Shown in pieces: positions 19,581-29,034 of a stretch of DNA of 40,000 bases. Position numbers and translations under genes: made by a program. Each line of letters begins with the position of its first letter. The first letter of the stretch is position 1. Under the pieces are notes generated by a model. The model worked only from the letters and a program-made list of their open reading frames with translations, was not told the origin of the DNA and ran no database searches. The DNA comes from Pseudomonas phage OBP: sequence record JN627160.1; one strand, written 5' to 3'.

Positions 19581-20154
19581 GGAATTAATCAACTTCGTAT
19601 CTTTCGATTCTCACATCATCGAAGCTGTTAATGAAAAGGCGATGTTTGCTCATCGTCTGGTTCGTCAGGAAGATATCCCCAGTATCGTGGATGGGTTAAG
19701 AGAATGGCTGATTCGTTCTGTTGGTATCTTTACGACGGTTGGATATTACCGCTCTCCTGATCTAAAGTTGTGGTTTGATGGTGAAACAATAATCGAAGAG
19801 TTTGATGAACTCCTTCTTAAGTTCAAAACCTTTCTTGAAGCTGAGAGAGGAATCGACTTAAAGGGTGAGTACAGCTTACTCCGTTATCGTGATAACCTGA
19901 ACTTCATCATGTTCGCCGGTAAGCCAATTGGTGACGTGACCAACGATCTAGGGATGCCGGTTTTTTCTGGTTTCTTAACAGAAGAAGAAGAAATCAGGTT
20001 TGGTTATGCTCTGGAAGAAGCGAATCATTTCATCGAAGATCTTATCAGTCGGATGAATGATAAATTCGACGCTCTTGATAACGCAGAAGCATTTGTCAAA
20101 GAGTTGATTGGTGATAGACTTCCTGAAGTACTCAAACGCCACCTTTCCCAATGA
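19552..20154 (+). CDS. Hypothetical protein; start uncertain
   Basis: ORF; internal ATG at 19552 reduces overlap with upstream gene. Confidence 0.65.
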   Translation: MNLKQLSIGRELINFVSFDSHIIEAVNEKAMFAHRLVRQEDIPSIVDGLREWLIRSVGIFTTVGYYRSPDLKLWFDGETIIEEFDELLLKFKTFLEAERGIDLKGEYSLLRYRDNLNFIMFAGKPIGDVTNDLGMPVFSGFLTEEEEIRFGYALEEANHFIEDLISRMNDKFDALDNAEAFVKELIGDRLPEVLKRHLSQ

Positions 20155-20162
20155 GGTAATAA

Positions 20163-20486
20163 ATGAGGAAGCCGGAACTTTATAGTTTCAACATCTTCCC
20201 ATTACTTCGAATAATCGATAGATACAAGCTGGATAGTACTCTCTTCTTTAAAATCATTCTGAATTTCCTCTCTCATCGCCGGGAGGAAATTCTTAATGTA
20301 GAACTGTCCAAATGGTTTAGCCCACATGACGTTCGTATTAAATTAGAGATGAAGCCTATTTTATACCAACTCATGCATGAGTTGAATCATTCGGATAATG
20401 TGGAAGATTACTTCGTCTTAAACAAACGTTTCTATATTAAGGATCACCCTTATGACCCAACAGATGAGTTCGATGAATACACCTAA
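20163..20486 (+). CDS. Hypothetical protein
   Basis: ORF. Confidence 0.65.
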   Translation: MRKPELYSFNIFPLLRIIDRYKLDSTLFFKIILNFLSHRREEILNVELSKWFSPHDVRIKLEMKPILYQLMHELNHSDNVEDYFVLNKRFYIKDHPYDPTDEFDEYT

Positions 20487-20775
20487 AGCGGTTTATTCTC
20501 ACTCGATACAATTTCCAGGTGTGGCTTTCACCACCCTGTTGAATTCCTGCATCCTGTTACTCAACGTCTATGGTATCAAGCACACGGCTCAGTACGACCC
20601 AAGCTTCGATACCTCGGCCCTCACATCGGGCAACCCGACAGCAGACGCCAGATTCCAGAATGACTACATGAACTTCAAAATGATGTTGGATGGGCTACAG
20701 AGTCAATATTCCGATATTAGTTGCGACCTTCAGTCCAATGGATCTGTCCTGTACATGAAGTTTACCTGCAACTAG
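20473..20775 (+). CDS. Hypothetical protein (MNTPKAVYSHSIQFPG...)
   Basis: ORF; start refined from 20452. Confidence 0.6.
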   Translation: MNTPKAVYSHSIQFPGVAFTTLLNSCILLLNVYGIKHTAQYDPSFDTSALTSGNPTADARFQNDYMNFKMMLDGLQSQYSDISCDLQSNGSVLYMKFTCN

Positions 20776-20783
20776 GAAAACGT

Positions 20784-21410
20784 ATGTATGTTAATCTGAA
20801 TTGCTTCGACTACAACAAACTGTTATCGGGAATAGTCGAGCATTACAACTTGCAAGACGATTTAACAGATGAGACCATTGCACAGGTGTTCCGTAATCTG
20901 TCGAATCTGTATAGTTCCCGTGGTGATCTAGGAATCACTGAAGAAGAAGTCAAGATGGTTGAAAGCTTCCTTGGATTAACTGTATCGTACATCTCTTTCG
21001 AAGGCGAAGATTTTATCGCCATACAGGAACAGATCGATGACGGTCTTGATTCATTAGAAGCCCACTTAACACAGCAGGTCGATCAAGTTCCATATGGGAG
21101 CTTTATTGAAAAATGGGTTATCGGTAAGTTTCTTAATGACGTGGATGTTGAGTCCTGCGAGTACTTTGAACAGGTCGCTCATTTCATAGAGTGTTTCGAC
21201 AACATGATCCACCGATACATCACTGCGAAATCCATACCTGATTTTGGTCCTGGTGAGTTATTCGTTTTGGGCGAGATTGAGAAATACACTCATCCCTGTG
21301 AAGTAGTCACCAATATTAATGTGATCGACGTTCCTGGTACCAAAGTTCGCTATGGGAATTCTTTGATTACCTTCCCTCTCATTTTGGTGAATGTAACCGA
21401 AACCCATTAA
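20784..21410 (+). CDS. Hypothetical protein (MYVNLNCFDYNKLLSG...)
   Basis: ORF; start refined from 20721 to ATG after CTAGGAAAACGT. Confidence 0.7.
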   Translation: MYVNLNCFDYNKLLSGIVEHYNLQDDLTDETIAQVFRNLSNLYSSRGDLGITEEEVKMVESFLGLTVSYISFEGEDFIAIQEQIDDGLDSLEAHLTQQVDQVPYGSFIEKWVIGKFLNDVDVESCEYFEQVAHFIECFDNMIHRYITAKSIPDFGPGELFVLGEIEKYTHPCEVVTNINVIDVPGTKVRYGNSLITFPLILVNVTETH

Positions 21411-21419
21411 GGAGATCTC

Positions 21420-21842
21420 ATGGCCAGCTTAAAAACTCTGAAGAAGGACGATATTGTCAACTTTGACATGCTTCGTCCTGGTATCTTCGGAGACCAATAT
21501 AAGGGCGCGGTAATCGCGTCCATTGGTGATTTCAACGTAGCCCGTCTGGTCGATCCAGATGTCGCTCAAAAACACGCCAGCTTTTATCCTTTCTTCAAGG
21601 ATAAAGTTGACAACGTCGATAACCCCGCTATCTATGATTACCTGATTCTTCAGTTGGATAAAACCAAGCCCAACTTGATTGCAATCGGGTTCCCATGGAT
21701 TAATGAAGGGTCTCTGAAAACAATCACCACCAGACAAGCTGTTGTCATCATTCGTGAATTCCAAGAATATCATCGCGCTGCGCTGACCGATTTCCTGGAA
21801 GGAATGAACGTTGATTACACTTTGACCATCGACGATCAGTAA
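21420..21842 (+). CDS. Hypothetical protein
   Basis: ORF preceded by AAGGAGATCTC. Confidence 0.75.
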   Translation: MASLKTLKKDDIVNFDMLRPGIFGDQYKGAVIASIGDFNVARLVDPDVAQKHASFYPFFKDKVDNVDNPAIYDYLILQLDKTKPNLIAIGFPWINEGSLKTITTRQAVVIIREFQEYHRAALTDFLEGMNVDYTLTIDDQ

Positions 21843-21857
21843 GAAAAATAATATCCT

Positions 21858-21891
21858 ATTACTGGACCTACCATAAGGTAGGTCTGGTAAT
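21858..21891 (+). terminator. Terminator hairpin
   Basis: ATTACTGGACCTACC-ATAA-GGTAGGTCTGGTAAT, 15-bp stem with two G:U pairs. Confidence 0.7.
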
Positions 21892-21935
21892 ATTAAGATT
21901 ACCCAATTATTTTTTTTCTCCGTTGAGGAAAGTGT

Positions 21936-24014
21936 ATGTCTGGAGTAGGTCCTTTTCTCTCTGAAAACTATGAGAGCGATCGCAATCTGTTAAAACACGC
22001 GATCAGTCAGTACAGCATGATGGTTAGCCGTAGCCAAGGTTTAGATGAAGACGAAGTTAAACGAAACTTTGTTGAGTTCTTTAAAGGTAACAAAGATAAG
22101 TTCAAATCACTGAGAGCTAAGGTTATCGTTAAGAACAAGATGGAAGACCGTGAGATGAAAATCTTACCTTTGTCATCTGTCTTTAAATATGTTCAGGAAA
22201 AGAACTATCACTTATCTCCATCAATGGTGGCTTACACTCACTCTGATGAAGAAGAATGTGTTAACTCGATTGGTACCCGTCTATTCATCGATAACCGATC
22301 CTACTATAAACAGTTGATGCAGAAAGCCCGCGACGCCGGTGACAACGAAAACCGTGATAAGTATAAAGAAATCCAGAACGCCTTTAAGATCTTTAACAAC
22401 GCCCAATCCGGTGCCATGTCATCCGAAGGTACACCAATTAACAATAAGACGGGTCATACATCATTGACCTCTACTTGTCGTTGCTTAACATCTACAGCTA
22501 ACCTGATCAACGAACAGTTCATTGCCGGTAACCACTTCTATAACACACCAGAGAACACGTTACAGTCAATCATGGCTCGTCTACAGGTAACGGATTACAA
22601 GCTGTTAGAAAGCGTTATGGAGAAGTACAAGCTGCATTATGCAACAACCGAAGACTTGATGGAATCCATTCATTATTGTTCACGTCGTTATTGGACGTCA
22701 GCAAAACACATGGCGATCATCGAACACTTCTTAATGCACATTTCTCCGCTGGAACGTTCTGCGCTTCTTTATACCCTTGACCTGGTATCTTTGTTCAAAC
22801 ATAACAAAGAGTTCGTTAGTGGATTCTTCGATGAGTGGGTTTCTATGAATCCGCCTGAAGAAGGGAAAACAGAGAAAGATTACCTGGCTCCGGATAACGG
22901 TGACAAGTACGTACTCTGTGTATCCAAACTCCACCGTAAACCAAGTAAGGTAGAGGTCAACGCACTGAACACTCGACATATGGAAGTTGAGGCTAAGTAC
23001 TCAGACTTCATGAAGATCTTCTTCAACTCCCCAATTCCACCGTCTGGTCTGTTCGATGTAACTTCCTCTATCCGTGACTGTGTATTGACTTCCGATACTG
23101 ACTCCTCCATTTATACAGTGGACGAAATGATCGAAGCATATACTCATGACCGTGAGAAAGGTGTTAACCTGAACGGCGTTCTGACTTACTTCATCCGCAT
23201 GATCTCTGTTGACCAACACCAACAGCTCTCAGCTAACTTAAACGTGGCTAAGAAGAACCTGCGTATGCTGGGTATGAAGAACGAATACTATTTCGGTGCT
23301 TATGTTACCACGCTGATGTCCAAACACTATTATGCTAGCCAGCAGATGGTTGAAGGTGTTCGTAACTCAGAACCTGAAATGGAAATCAAAGGGGTTCACC
23401 TTAAATCTTCTAAGATCGCATCGAACATTAAAGACTTCGCTCAGAAACTCATGGGTGATACTTTAGATGCTATCGAGCACAAGAAGAAACTCAGCCCAGC
23501 TGAAACGCTGAAAGAGATTGGTGACCTGGAACGTACCATCGTTGATGACATTCAAGCTGGTGATTGGAAATGGTTATCTCGTCAGGGTGTTAAGGGTTCT
23601 GCTTCTTACTCTAAACCTATGGCATCGGTATACTTCTATCACGAACTGTGGGAGAATGTATTCGCTGAGAAATATGGTCCGGCTCCAGAACTTCCATACA
23701 CTGGCGTTAAGATGTCAGTTGATTTGGGTAGTAAGACCAAGGTTAAGGAATTCATAGAACGTCTGGAAGATAAAGCATTAGCTGACCGCTTCTTGAAGTT
23801 CATGGAATCCACTGGTCGTACTGATTTGGGTAACTTGGTTGTTCCTATGGAACGTATGCAGTTCCTTGCCGACATTCCAATTGAGATCAAACAAGCTATC
23901 GATTATCGTACAGTAATCAAACAAAACCTGAAGTGTGTTTATGAAGTTCTGAACTCCACAGGCTTGTACTTTATGAATGATTCAATCAGTCGTCTGGTTA
24001 GTGACGAACACTAA
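21936..24014 (+). CDS. Family-B DNA polymerase, palm-containing portion of a split polymerase
   Basis: Motif B-like KEIQNAFKIFNNAQSGAMSS and motif C VLTSDTDSSIYTVDE; no exonuclease domain or motif A recognised in this ORF. Confidence 0.75.
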   Translation: MSGVGPFLSENYESDRNLLKHAISQYSMMVSRSQGLDEDEVKRNFVEFFKGNKDKFKSLRAKVIVKNKMEDREMKILPLSSVFKYVQEKNYHLSPSMVAYTHSDEEECVNSIGTRLFIDNRSYYKQLMQKARDAGDNENRDKYKEIQNAFKIFNNAQSGAMSSEGTPINNKTGHTSLTSTCRCLTSTANLINEQFIAGNHFYNTPENTLQSIMARLQVTDYKLLESVMEKYKLHYATTEDLMESIHYCSRRYWTSAKHMAIIEHFLMHISPLERSALLYTLDLVSLFKHNKEFVSGFFDEWVSMNPPEEGKTEKDYLAPDNGDKYVLCVSKLHRKPSKVEVNALNTRHMEVEAKYSDFMKIFFNSPIPPSGLFDVTSSIRDCVLTSDTDSSIYTVDEMIEAYTHDREKGVNLNGVLTYFIRMISVDQHQQLSANLNVAKKNLRMLGMKNEYYFGAYVTTLMSKHYYASQQMVEGVRNSEPEMEIKGVHLKSSKIASNIKDFAQKLMGDTLDAIEHKKKLSPAETLKEIGDLERTIVDDIQAGDWKWLSRQGVKGSASYSKPMASVYFYHELWENVFAEKYGPAPELPYTGVKMSVDLGSKTKVKEFIERLEDKALADRFLKFMESTGRTDLGNLVVPMERMQFLADIPIEIKQAIDYRTVIKQNLKCVYEVLNSTGLYFMNDSISRLVSDEH

Positions 24015-24036
24015 TAATCTTATGAAAACAATTTGA

Positions 24037-24065
24037 AACTCTACCCGGGATCACCGGGTAGAGTT
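24037..24065. terminator. Hairpin between convergent genes, possibly bidirectional
   Basis: AACTCTACCCGG-GATCA-CCGGGTAGAGTT, 12-bp stem. Confidence 0.75.
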
Positions 24066-24081
24066 CCTGTTGTATGTGTGT

Positions 24082-25179
24082 TTATGAAACTTTTGCTTTA
24101 ACGGTGTTCCAGAGATTGGTGAAGTGATCTGCCCAAACTTTATCCTTGATCTGTCCAACCTGAGTCTGTAATGGGAACTTATCGAAATAGATCCTCAGTT
24201 CAGAGTTCAGCTGACCATCAATAGTCCCAAGGAATACGTTATAGTCCAAATACTTCCTCACAAGCCCCAGAGAGCCCATTGTCCATATCCAGGACATCTG
24301 CATAAAGAAGATGGATTTAAACGCCTCAGGGAAGTAGAAGCGGTTCTTATCCACTATTGGGTTGGTGACTTCATTAACCAGATAGAAGTTAGTAAATGAC
24401 TTCATCTGAGTGCCCATGAATACCTTCTTCTTGAAGTTAACGTAATCCGCTAACTTACTTTCAAAAGCCTCATAGTTCCAGCTACCTTTAATAGCCTGGA
24501 TCTTACCTTCATACTGATTTAAGTAATTGAGGTTAACCAGTTCGTTATGGTAGATGTAACAGTTCATTAACGGATAACCAGCAAGATACCCATGAGGGGA
24601 ATTACCCCAAGCTTTCCCTTCCTTCAATGTTCTCCAGAACCCAATGATCAACGCATAAGGGTCAATCTGGACAATGGTGTATAAAGGACGGCTAGCACTG
24701 TAGTTCTGGGTATTGAGGAGTTGCATGATATCTAACCGCTGTAATGTATCAGTGGTATAGATCGGAACCAAAGGAACCAATTCATGTAAACTCTTACTGA
24801 GGTATTCATTAATTTGTACACGGTCGGGTTTGCCGAACGGAACAACCAGAAGAGTGTTGTGATTGTCTTCTGGGTATATGGACTTGATGTGGTTCTTTCC
24901 TCTATTATACAGGCTGGTCAAATCAGACAAGCTCGCATACTGTTGGAGTTTATTATCGATCACATTAATTAAGTATTCCGGAGACCATTCTAGGTTAACC
25001 GAAAAACTCAACAAGAACTGAACTAATGGATGTTGGTTAGGGAGTGTCCGATTGCCAAGGTCAATATAGTCTTTAAAACTATTATTGTTCCTCTGCATGA
25101 TTCTGCGAAGGTTTCCTAATTCGCCATAATTCTGTATCGGATTGCTCACCCCATTATTGGACAATGTGAAATATGACAT
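24082..25179 (-). CDS. Conserved-looking hypothetical protein, 365 aa, only convincing minus-strand gene in the window
   Basis: Long ORF with no competing plus-strand ORF; flanked by terminator and divergent intergenic region. Confidence 0.8.
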   Translation of the reverse strand: MSYFTLSNNGVSNPIQNYGELGNLRRIMQRNNNSFKDYIDLGNRTLPNQHPLVQFLLSFSVNLEWSPEYLINVIDNKLQQYASLSDLTSLYNRGKNHIKSIYPEDNHNTLLVVPFGKPDRVQINEYLSKSLHELVPLVPIYTTDTLQRLDIMQLLNTQNYSASRPLYTIVQIDPYALIIGFWRTLKEGKAWGNSPHGYLAGYPLMNCYIYHNELVNLNYLNQYEGKIQAIKGSWNYEAFESKLADYVNFKKKVFMGTQMKSFTNFYLVNEVTNPIVDKNRFYFPEAFKSIFFMQMSWIWTMGSLGLVRKYLDYNVFLGTIDGQLNSELRIYFDKFPLQTQVGQIKDKVWADHFTNLWNTVKAKVS

Positions 25180-25198
25180 TGATGGGAGCCCCAGAAAG

Positions 25199-25222
25199 CT
25201 ATCAGTAATTTTTTACTGATAG
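25199..25222. other. Hairpin in the divergent intergenic region
   Basis: CTATCAGTAA-TTTT-TTACTGATAG, perfect 10-bp stem. Confidence 0.6.
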
Positions 25223-25335
25223 ATTGTATATTATGTAAACTAACATTCAAGCCACGTGCTTGAGTGTAAGACGGGAGTCGTACGTTTATTTGGCAAGTAT
25301 ACATACGATCAACTGTCAAATTTTTATGCGCCTAT

Positions 25336-25369
25336 AATATTTGAAGTCTATATTATTATGGTGTATAAG
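25336..25369 (+). promoter_or_regulatory. Promoter-like repeated motif (copy D), upstream of chmA candidate
   Basis: ATATTAT TATGG TGTATAAG core matches copies A-C; upstream block diverged. Confidence 0.6.
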
Positions 25370-25442
25370 GAAACAAATGTTTTCTATATTTCTCCCACTA
25401 GTGTAAATTAACGTTAATTCATATATTAAGTAAGGAATAATT

Positions 25443-27350
25443 ATGTCCCTCGATACCATCAACAACGGCAACAACAACTCTTCTTCTAACAACGCTGGTA
25501 ACTCTCAAATGAAAAGTTCCGAAAATGCTCTGTTCGCTCTGCTGGGTCAATCTAACCTGATCTCCTCTACTCACAACATCACCGAAGTTTCTGATGTTGT
25601 TAAGTCCCTGGAAGAAATGGTTAAACACCTGGATAAGAACACCGCAAGCCAGGCGCAGAAACTGTCTCTGCCACGCAACATCCGTAACGTCACTTCCGAC
25701 ATCAGCCCGCAGCTGCCAGGTATCATCCTGTCTACCGTTGTTAACGCGACTGCATACGTTCAGCCGGTTCTGTTCTTCAAAGTGGGTGTAACTGAAGTTA
25801 CCGAAACTATCGTTCTGGCTAACGAAGCAATGCCACGTGGTATCGCTAAAGTTCCAACTTCCTTCATGACTCAGGAAGTAATGGAAAAAGTGAAATCCGC
25901 ATACGCATTCGTTGACAGCAAACAAATGGACAAAGTTGTTATCCTGTCTCCAATGGTTCTGAACCTGGAGAAGTTCATCAAGAACTCTCTGAAGTACGAA
26001 GACATGATCGCCGACGTTCGCAACGTTCTGCTGAAAGAGTGGAACACTGGTCTGTACAACACCGTAGTTCTGGATGTTGCCAAAGCTGGTGCTGAATTCC
26101 CTAACCCGTTCAAAGACGGTAAACTGTTCGGTAAAGACGATGCAGCAGTAGCTCGTATCGAACCTATCAACAAACAGTCTATCGACGGCGTACCGGTTCC
26201 GTACAACCTGGCAGTTAAACTGGCTACCACCAACAAAAACAACACTCAGAACATGAACAGCAACAACACTAAGTCTGTTGCAACTTCTTACCTGACTGTT
26301 AGCCTGGAAGCGATGTCTCAGCAGCAGTTCATGGCTGCGAAGATGGCTCGTCCTGGCGCAAACGTTGGACCTCTGGTTCCAGTGATCTCTACCGGCGTAA
26401 CCGTACCAGGCGAAACCCTGAACAACAACAACTCCATGTTGACCGCAGCACTGGGTCTGTACGCATCTATCGGTGCAAACCAGATGCAGTTCTTCTCTGA
26501 AGCATTCCGTGGTAAAGAAGTGGGTCACCGTGGTAACCTGTCTAACTTCAACTACTACCTGTCTCAGATCCTTCAGGGCGCGTACAGCACTCCTCAGTTC
26601 ATCACTGATAAGAACATCACCAACGCCAACGCAGTTAACGACTGGCTGCAACGCTATGTAGCTCCGAACGCAGTATACGTTCTGGATCTGGGTAGCTTCG
26701 GTGAAGATGTTTCTAACTCTGATTTCTGGTGGAACGTGATCGTTAAGCCTTCTGGCTCTACTTATCACCGTGCGCTGGTTAACCTGCTGGACGTTCTGTC
26801 TGGTGGCGCATTCAGCAAAATCGCTGCTGAGAACGCATCTAAGCCAAACCGTGATCCACGTAAAGACTGGGCACCTGGCGATGCAATCCTGAAACCAACC
26901 AACATCATCATGCCTTCTGGTATTGCACAGGGTAAAGATGGTAAGTGGTTCGACCTGGCAGAAGTTGACGGCATGTTCCTGCGTCAGGACAACTACTACG
27001 GTCAGAACGAAATCGCTGTAAACGAATACCTGGGTCTGGTATGTGGTTCAATGGGCGGCGATGCGAAAGTTCGTCAGTTCAACATCTACAACCGTCTGAA
27101 CCAGCTGTTCGGCACCAACGTAATCGTTGATGGTTGGAAACGTCGTTTCGTGTGGGAAGATTCCTTCTTCAACACCTTCGCTAAAGCGATGGCTTCTGCT
27201 GGTATGCTGTCTATGTCTGCATCTAACCTGGGTGCAATGTGGACTCACCAGTTCAGCAACGACTACCTGACCAGCACCATGACTGCAATGCTGTCTCAGA
27301 ACTTCGGTTCAGGCGCAATGGCATTCAACGGCGGTTACTCCCACTACTAA
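25443..27350 (+). CDS. chmA: Major phage nucleus shell protein candidate (chimallin, ChmA)
   Basis: 635 aa, Asn/Ser-rich N-terminus, strong high-expression codon bias, own intergenic leader and terminator, directly upstream of nvRNAP beta' N-terminal gene as in phiKZ (gp54-gp55). Confidence 0.8.
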   Translation: MSLDTINNGNNNSSSNNAGNSQMKSSENALFALLGQSNLISSTHNITEVSDVVKSLEEMVKHLDKNTASQAQKLSLPRNIRNVTSDISPQLPGIILSTVVNATAYVQPVLFFKVGVTEVTETIVLANEAMPRGIAKVPTSFMTQEVMEKVKSAYAFVDSKQMDKVVILSPMVLNLEKFIKNSLKYEDMIADVRNVLLKEWNTGLYNTVVLDVAKAGAEFPNPFKDGKLFGKDDAAVARIEPINKQSIDGVPVPYNLAVKLATTNKNNTQNMNSNNTKSVATSYLTVSLEAMSQQQFMAAKMARPGANVGPLVPVISTGVTVPGETLNNNNSMLTAALGLYASIGANQMQFFSEAFRGKEVGHRGNLSNFNYYLSQILQGAYSTPQFITDKNITNANAVNDWLQRYVAPNAVYVLDLGSFGEDVSNSDFWWNVIVKPSGSTYHRALVNLLDVLSGGAFSKIAAENASKPNRDPRKDWAPGDAILKPTNIIMPSGIAQGKDGKWFDLAEVDGMFLRQDNYYGQNEIAVNEYLGLVCGSMGGDAKVRQFNIYNRLNQLFGTNVIVDGWKRRFVWEDSFFNTFAKAMASAGMLSMSASNLGAMWTHQFSNDYLTSTMTAMLSQNFGSGAMAFNGGYSHY

Positions 27351-27381
27351 TACGTAGTGTGTAAGTTGTAAAGTGTAAACG

Positions 27382-27415
27382 ACAAGGAGAGCGGGTGCAA
27401 GCCTGTTCTCCTTGT
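27382..27415 (+). terminator. Intrinsic terminator after chmA candidate
   Basis: ACAAGGAGAGCGGG-TGCAAG-CCTGTTCTCCTTGT-TTT. Confidence 0.85.
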
Positions 27416-27441
27416 TTTACTTTAGAGAGGTTTATTTTTTA

Positions 27442-29034
27442 ATGACTAATACCGTAGCCGACATTCTGAACAAGTTCTCTGATGAGAATATGATTCCTTC
27501 TATCTTGTTCGATACAATGTTGAAAGACACCGGCATTAAACATCCTGGCGACGACGAAAGTTTCTATTCACCACTGTATCCTGACTTCGAAGACTTCGAT
27601 CTCAAACACGATACATCTATAGTTGCTCCGGTATATCTGAATGACTTCGACTTTAACATCGAAGAAGACCGCGAAGCAATCATCGAACTTCTGCGTACCG
27701 AATTCGAAGGTAACAACTTTGACACCGTAGCGAGCTGTCAATGTAAGAAGTATCGTTGGAATGGTTATCTGGGTTCTGAGTTCGTTTGTGATAACTGTGG
27801 GCATAAGGTCACCAAACCCCTTACTGCTCGTATTGAAACCAAAGTCTGGTTAAAACGTCCAGCTTATGTATCTGGATTTGTTAGTCCAGCCATGTATGCT
27901 GTATTCTTTAGTAAGCTCAATACCAAATCTCCGAAAGTAAACTTAGTTGACTACTGGGTGAACTCTCAGATTCGTAATGAGAAACGTTTTAAAGATCCAG
28001 CCAACAATGCGTTTAAGATTGCGGCTAAACTGGAAGCCTTCCGCAATACACTGGGAATTGAATTCGGGTATAACAGTTTCATCGACAACATCGACCTGAT
28101 CATCCGTGGTGCAGTTGAACACGATGTGAGTAAGGTACTGGACCTGACTGAAAATGACCGTCGTCATTATGCGTTGTTCTGGGAACGTTATCGTACCAAA
28201 GCTGTATTTAAGTATCTCCCACTCCCTAACAAAATCACCACAGTCGTTGAATCGGATCAACGTGACCGCTATGTAAACAAAGAGCAAACAGATCTGGATA
28301 AGATCTACTTTACTCTGGCTGACACCTATCCGATCGATGATGTTCGAGCTGATGAGAACGAAGACTTAATGGGCCAGAACCTGAAACCATTAGTCGATGC
28401 ATTAGCTGAAGTACAGAAGAACATTCTGTTCGGTAAGAAAGGTATGATTCGCTATCATGCTGGCGCAGGTAAGTTGCCATTTACTGGTCGTTCTATTATT
28501 ACCGGTGAATCTGGCGTCTGTCGTTCTGATACAATCATTCTTCCTTGGTTGTATGGTCTGACTTGTCTGGATAAACATCTTACGAACTGGTTGTATCGTA
28601 AGGGTTATACTCCGATGAAGATCAAGGAGATTATCCGAACAGCTGCTCACACCCGACATCCTGTAATCGAAGAGTTCTATAACTGGATCGAAACCAATCG
28701 CTATGCGATGGCTACGGCTGGTCGAAATCCATCGATTCAATATCTGTCTGCTCGTGGGTTCTTCGTTAAGTTCAACCGTGATCTTGACGATAAGTCCATC
28801 CGTATTCCAATCACCACCGTTAAGGAGTTTGGTGCGGACTTCGATGGCGACCAGATGTACGTTATCTTCATCCCGGATATGATTTCTAAAGCGGAAGCAT
28901 ATTCTAGCTGGGGTCACCATCAGATGTTGGACCCGAATAAGCCATTTAAGGTTTCTCGTTTCGGTACCCATACCAAAACTAACTTATTAAATATCAACTC
29001 GTTGTTACTTAACGAACCAATTGAGGAGAGTTGA
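27442..29034 (+). CDS. Non-virion RNA polymerase beta' subunit, N-terminal half (catalytic Mg-binding part)
   Basis: Zinc-site pattern CQCKKYRWNGYLGSEFVCDNCG, GRSIITGESGV, catalytic FGADFDGDQMYVIF; start refined from 27412 (inside the terminator) to 27442. Confidence 0.88.
   Translation: MTNTVADILNKFSDENMIPSILFDTMLKDTGIKHPGDDESFYSPLYPDFEDFDLKHDTSIVAPVYLNDFDFNIEEDREAIIELLRTEFEGNNFDTVASCQCKKYRWNGYLGSEFVCDNCGHKVTKPLTARIETKVWLKRPAYVSGFVSPAMYAVFFSKLNTKSPKVNLVDYWVNSQIRNEKRFKDPANNAFKIAAKLEAFRNTLGIEFGYNSFIDNIDLIIRGAVEHDVSKVLDLTENDRRHYALFWERYRTKAVFKYLPLPNKITTVVESDQRDRYVNKEQTDLDKIYFTLADTYPIDDVRADENEDLMGQNLKPLVDALAEVQKNILFGKKGMIRYHAGAGKLPFTGRSIITGESGVCRSDTIILPWLYGLTCLDKHLTNWLYRKGYTPMKIKEIIRTAAHTRHPVIEEFYNWIETNRYAMATAGRNPSIQYLSARGFFVKFNRDLDDKSIRIPITTVKEFGADFDGDQMYVIFIPDMISKAEAYSSWGHHQMLDPNKPFKVSRFGTHTKTNLLNINSLLLNEPIEES

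Noticed and set aside
25419-26768. 449-aa minus-strand ORF opposite the chmA candidate
   Set aside because: Shadow ORF created by strong codon bias of the plus-strand gene; composition (Val/Arg/His-rich, low-complexity reading) is not protein-like.
27412-27441. Upstream start of the RNAP beta' ORF given in the track
   Set aside because: Falls inside the chmA terminator stem; the ATG at 27442 is preceded by AGAGAGG and gives the natural start.
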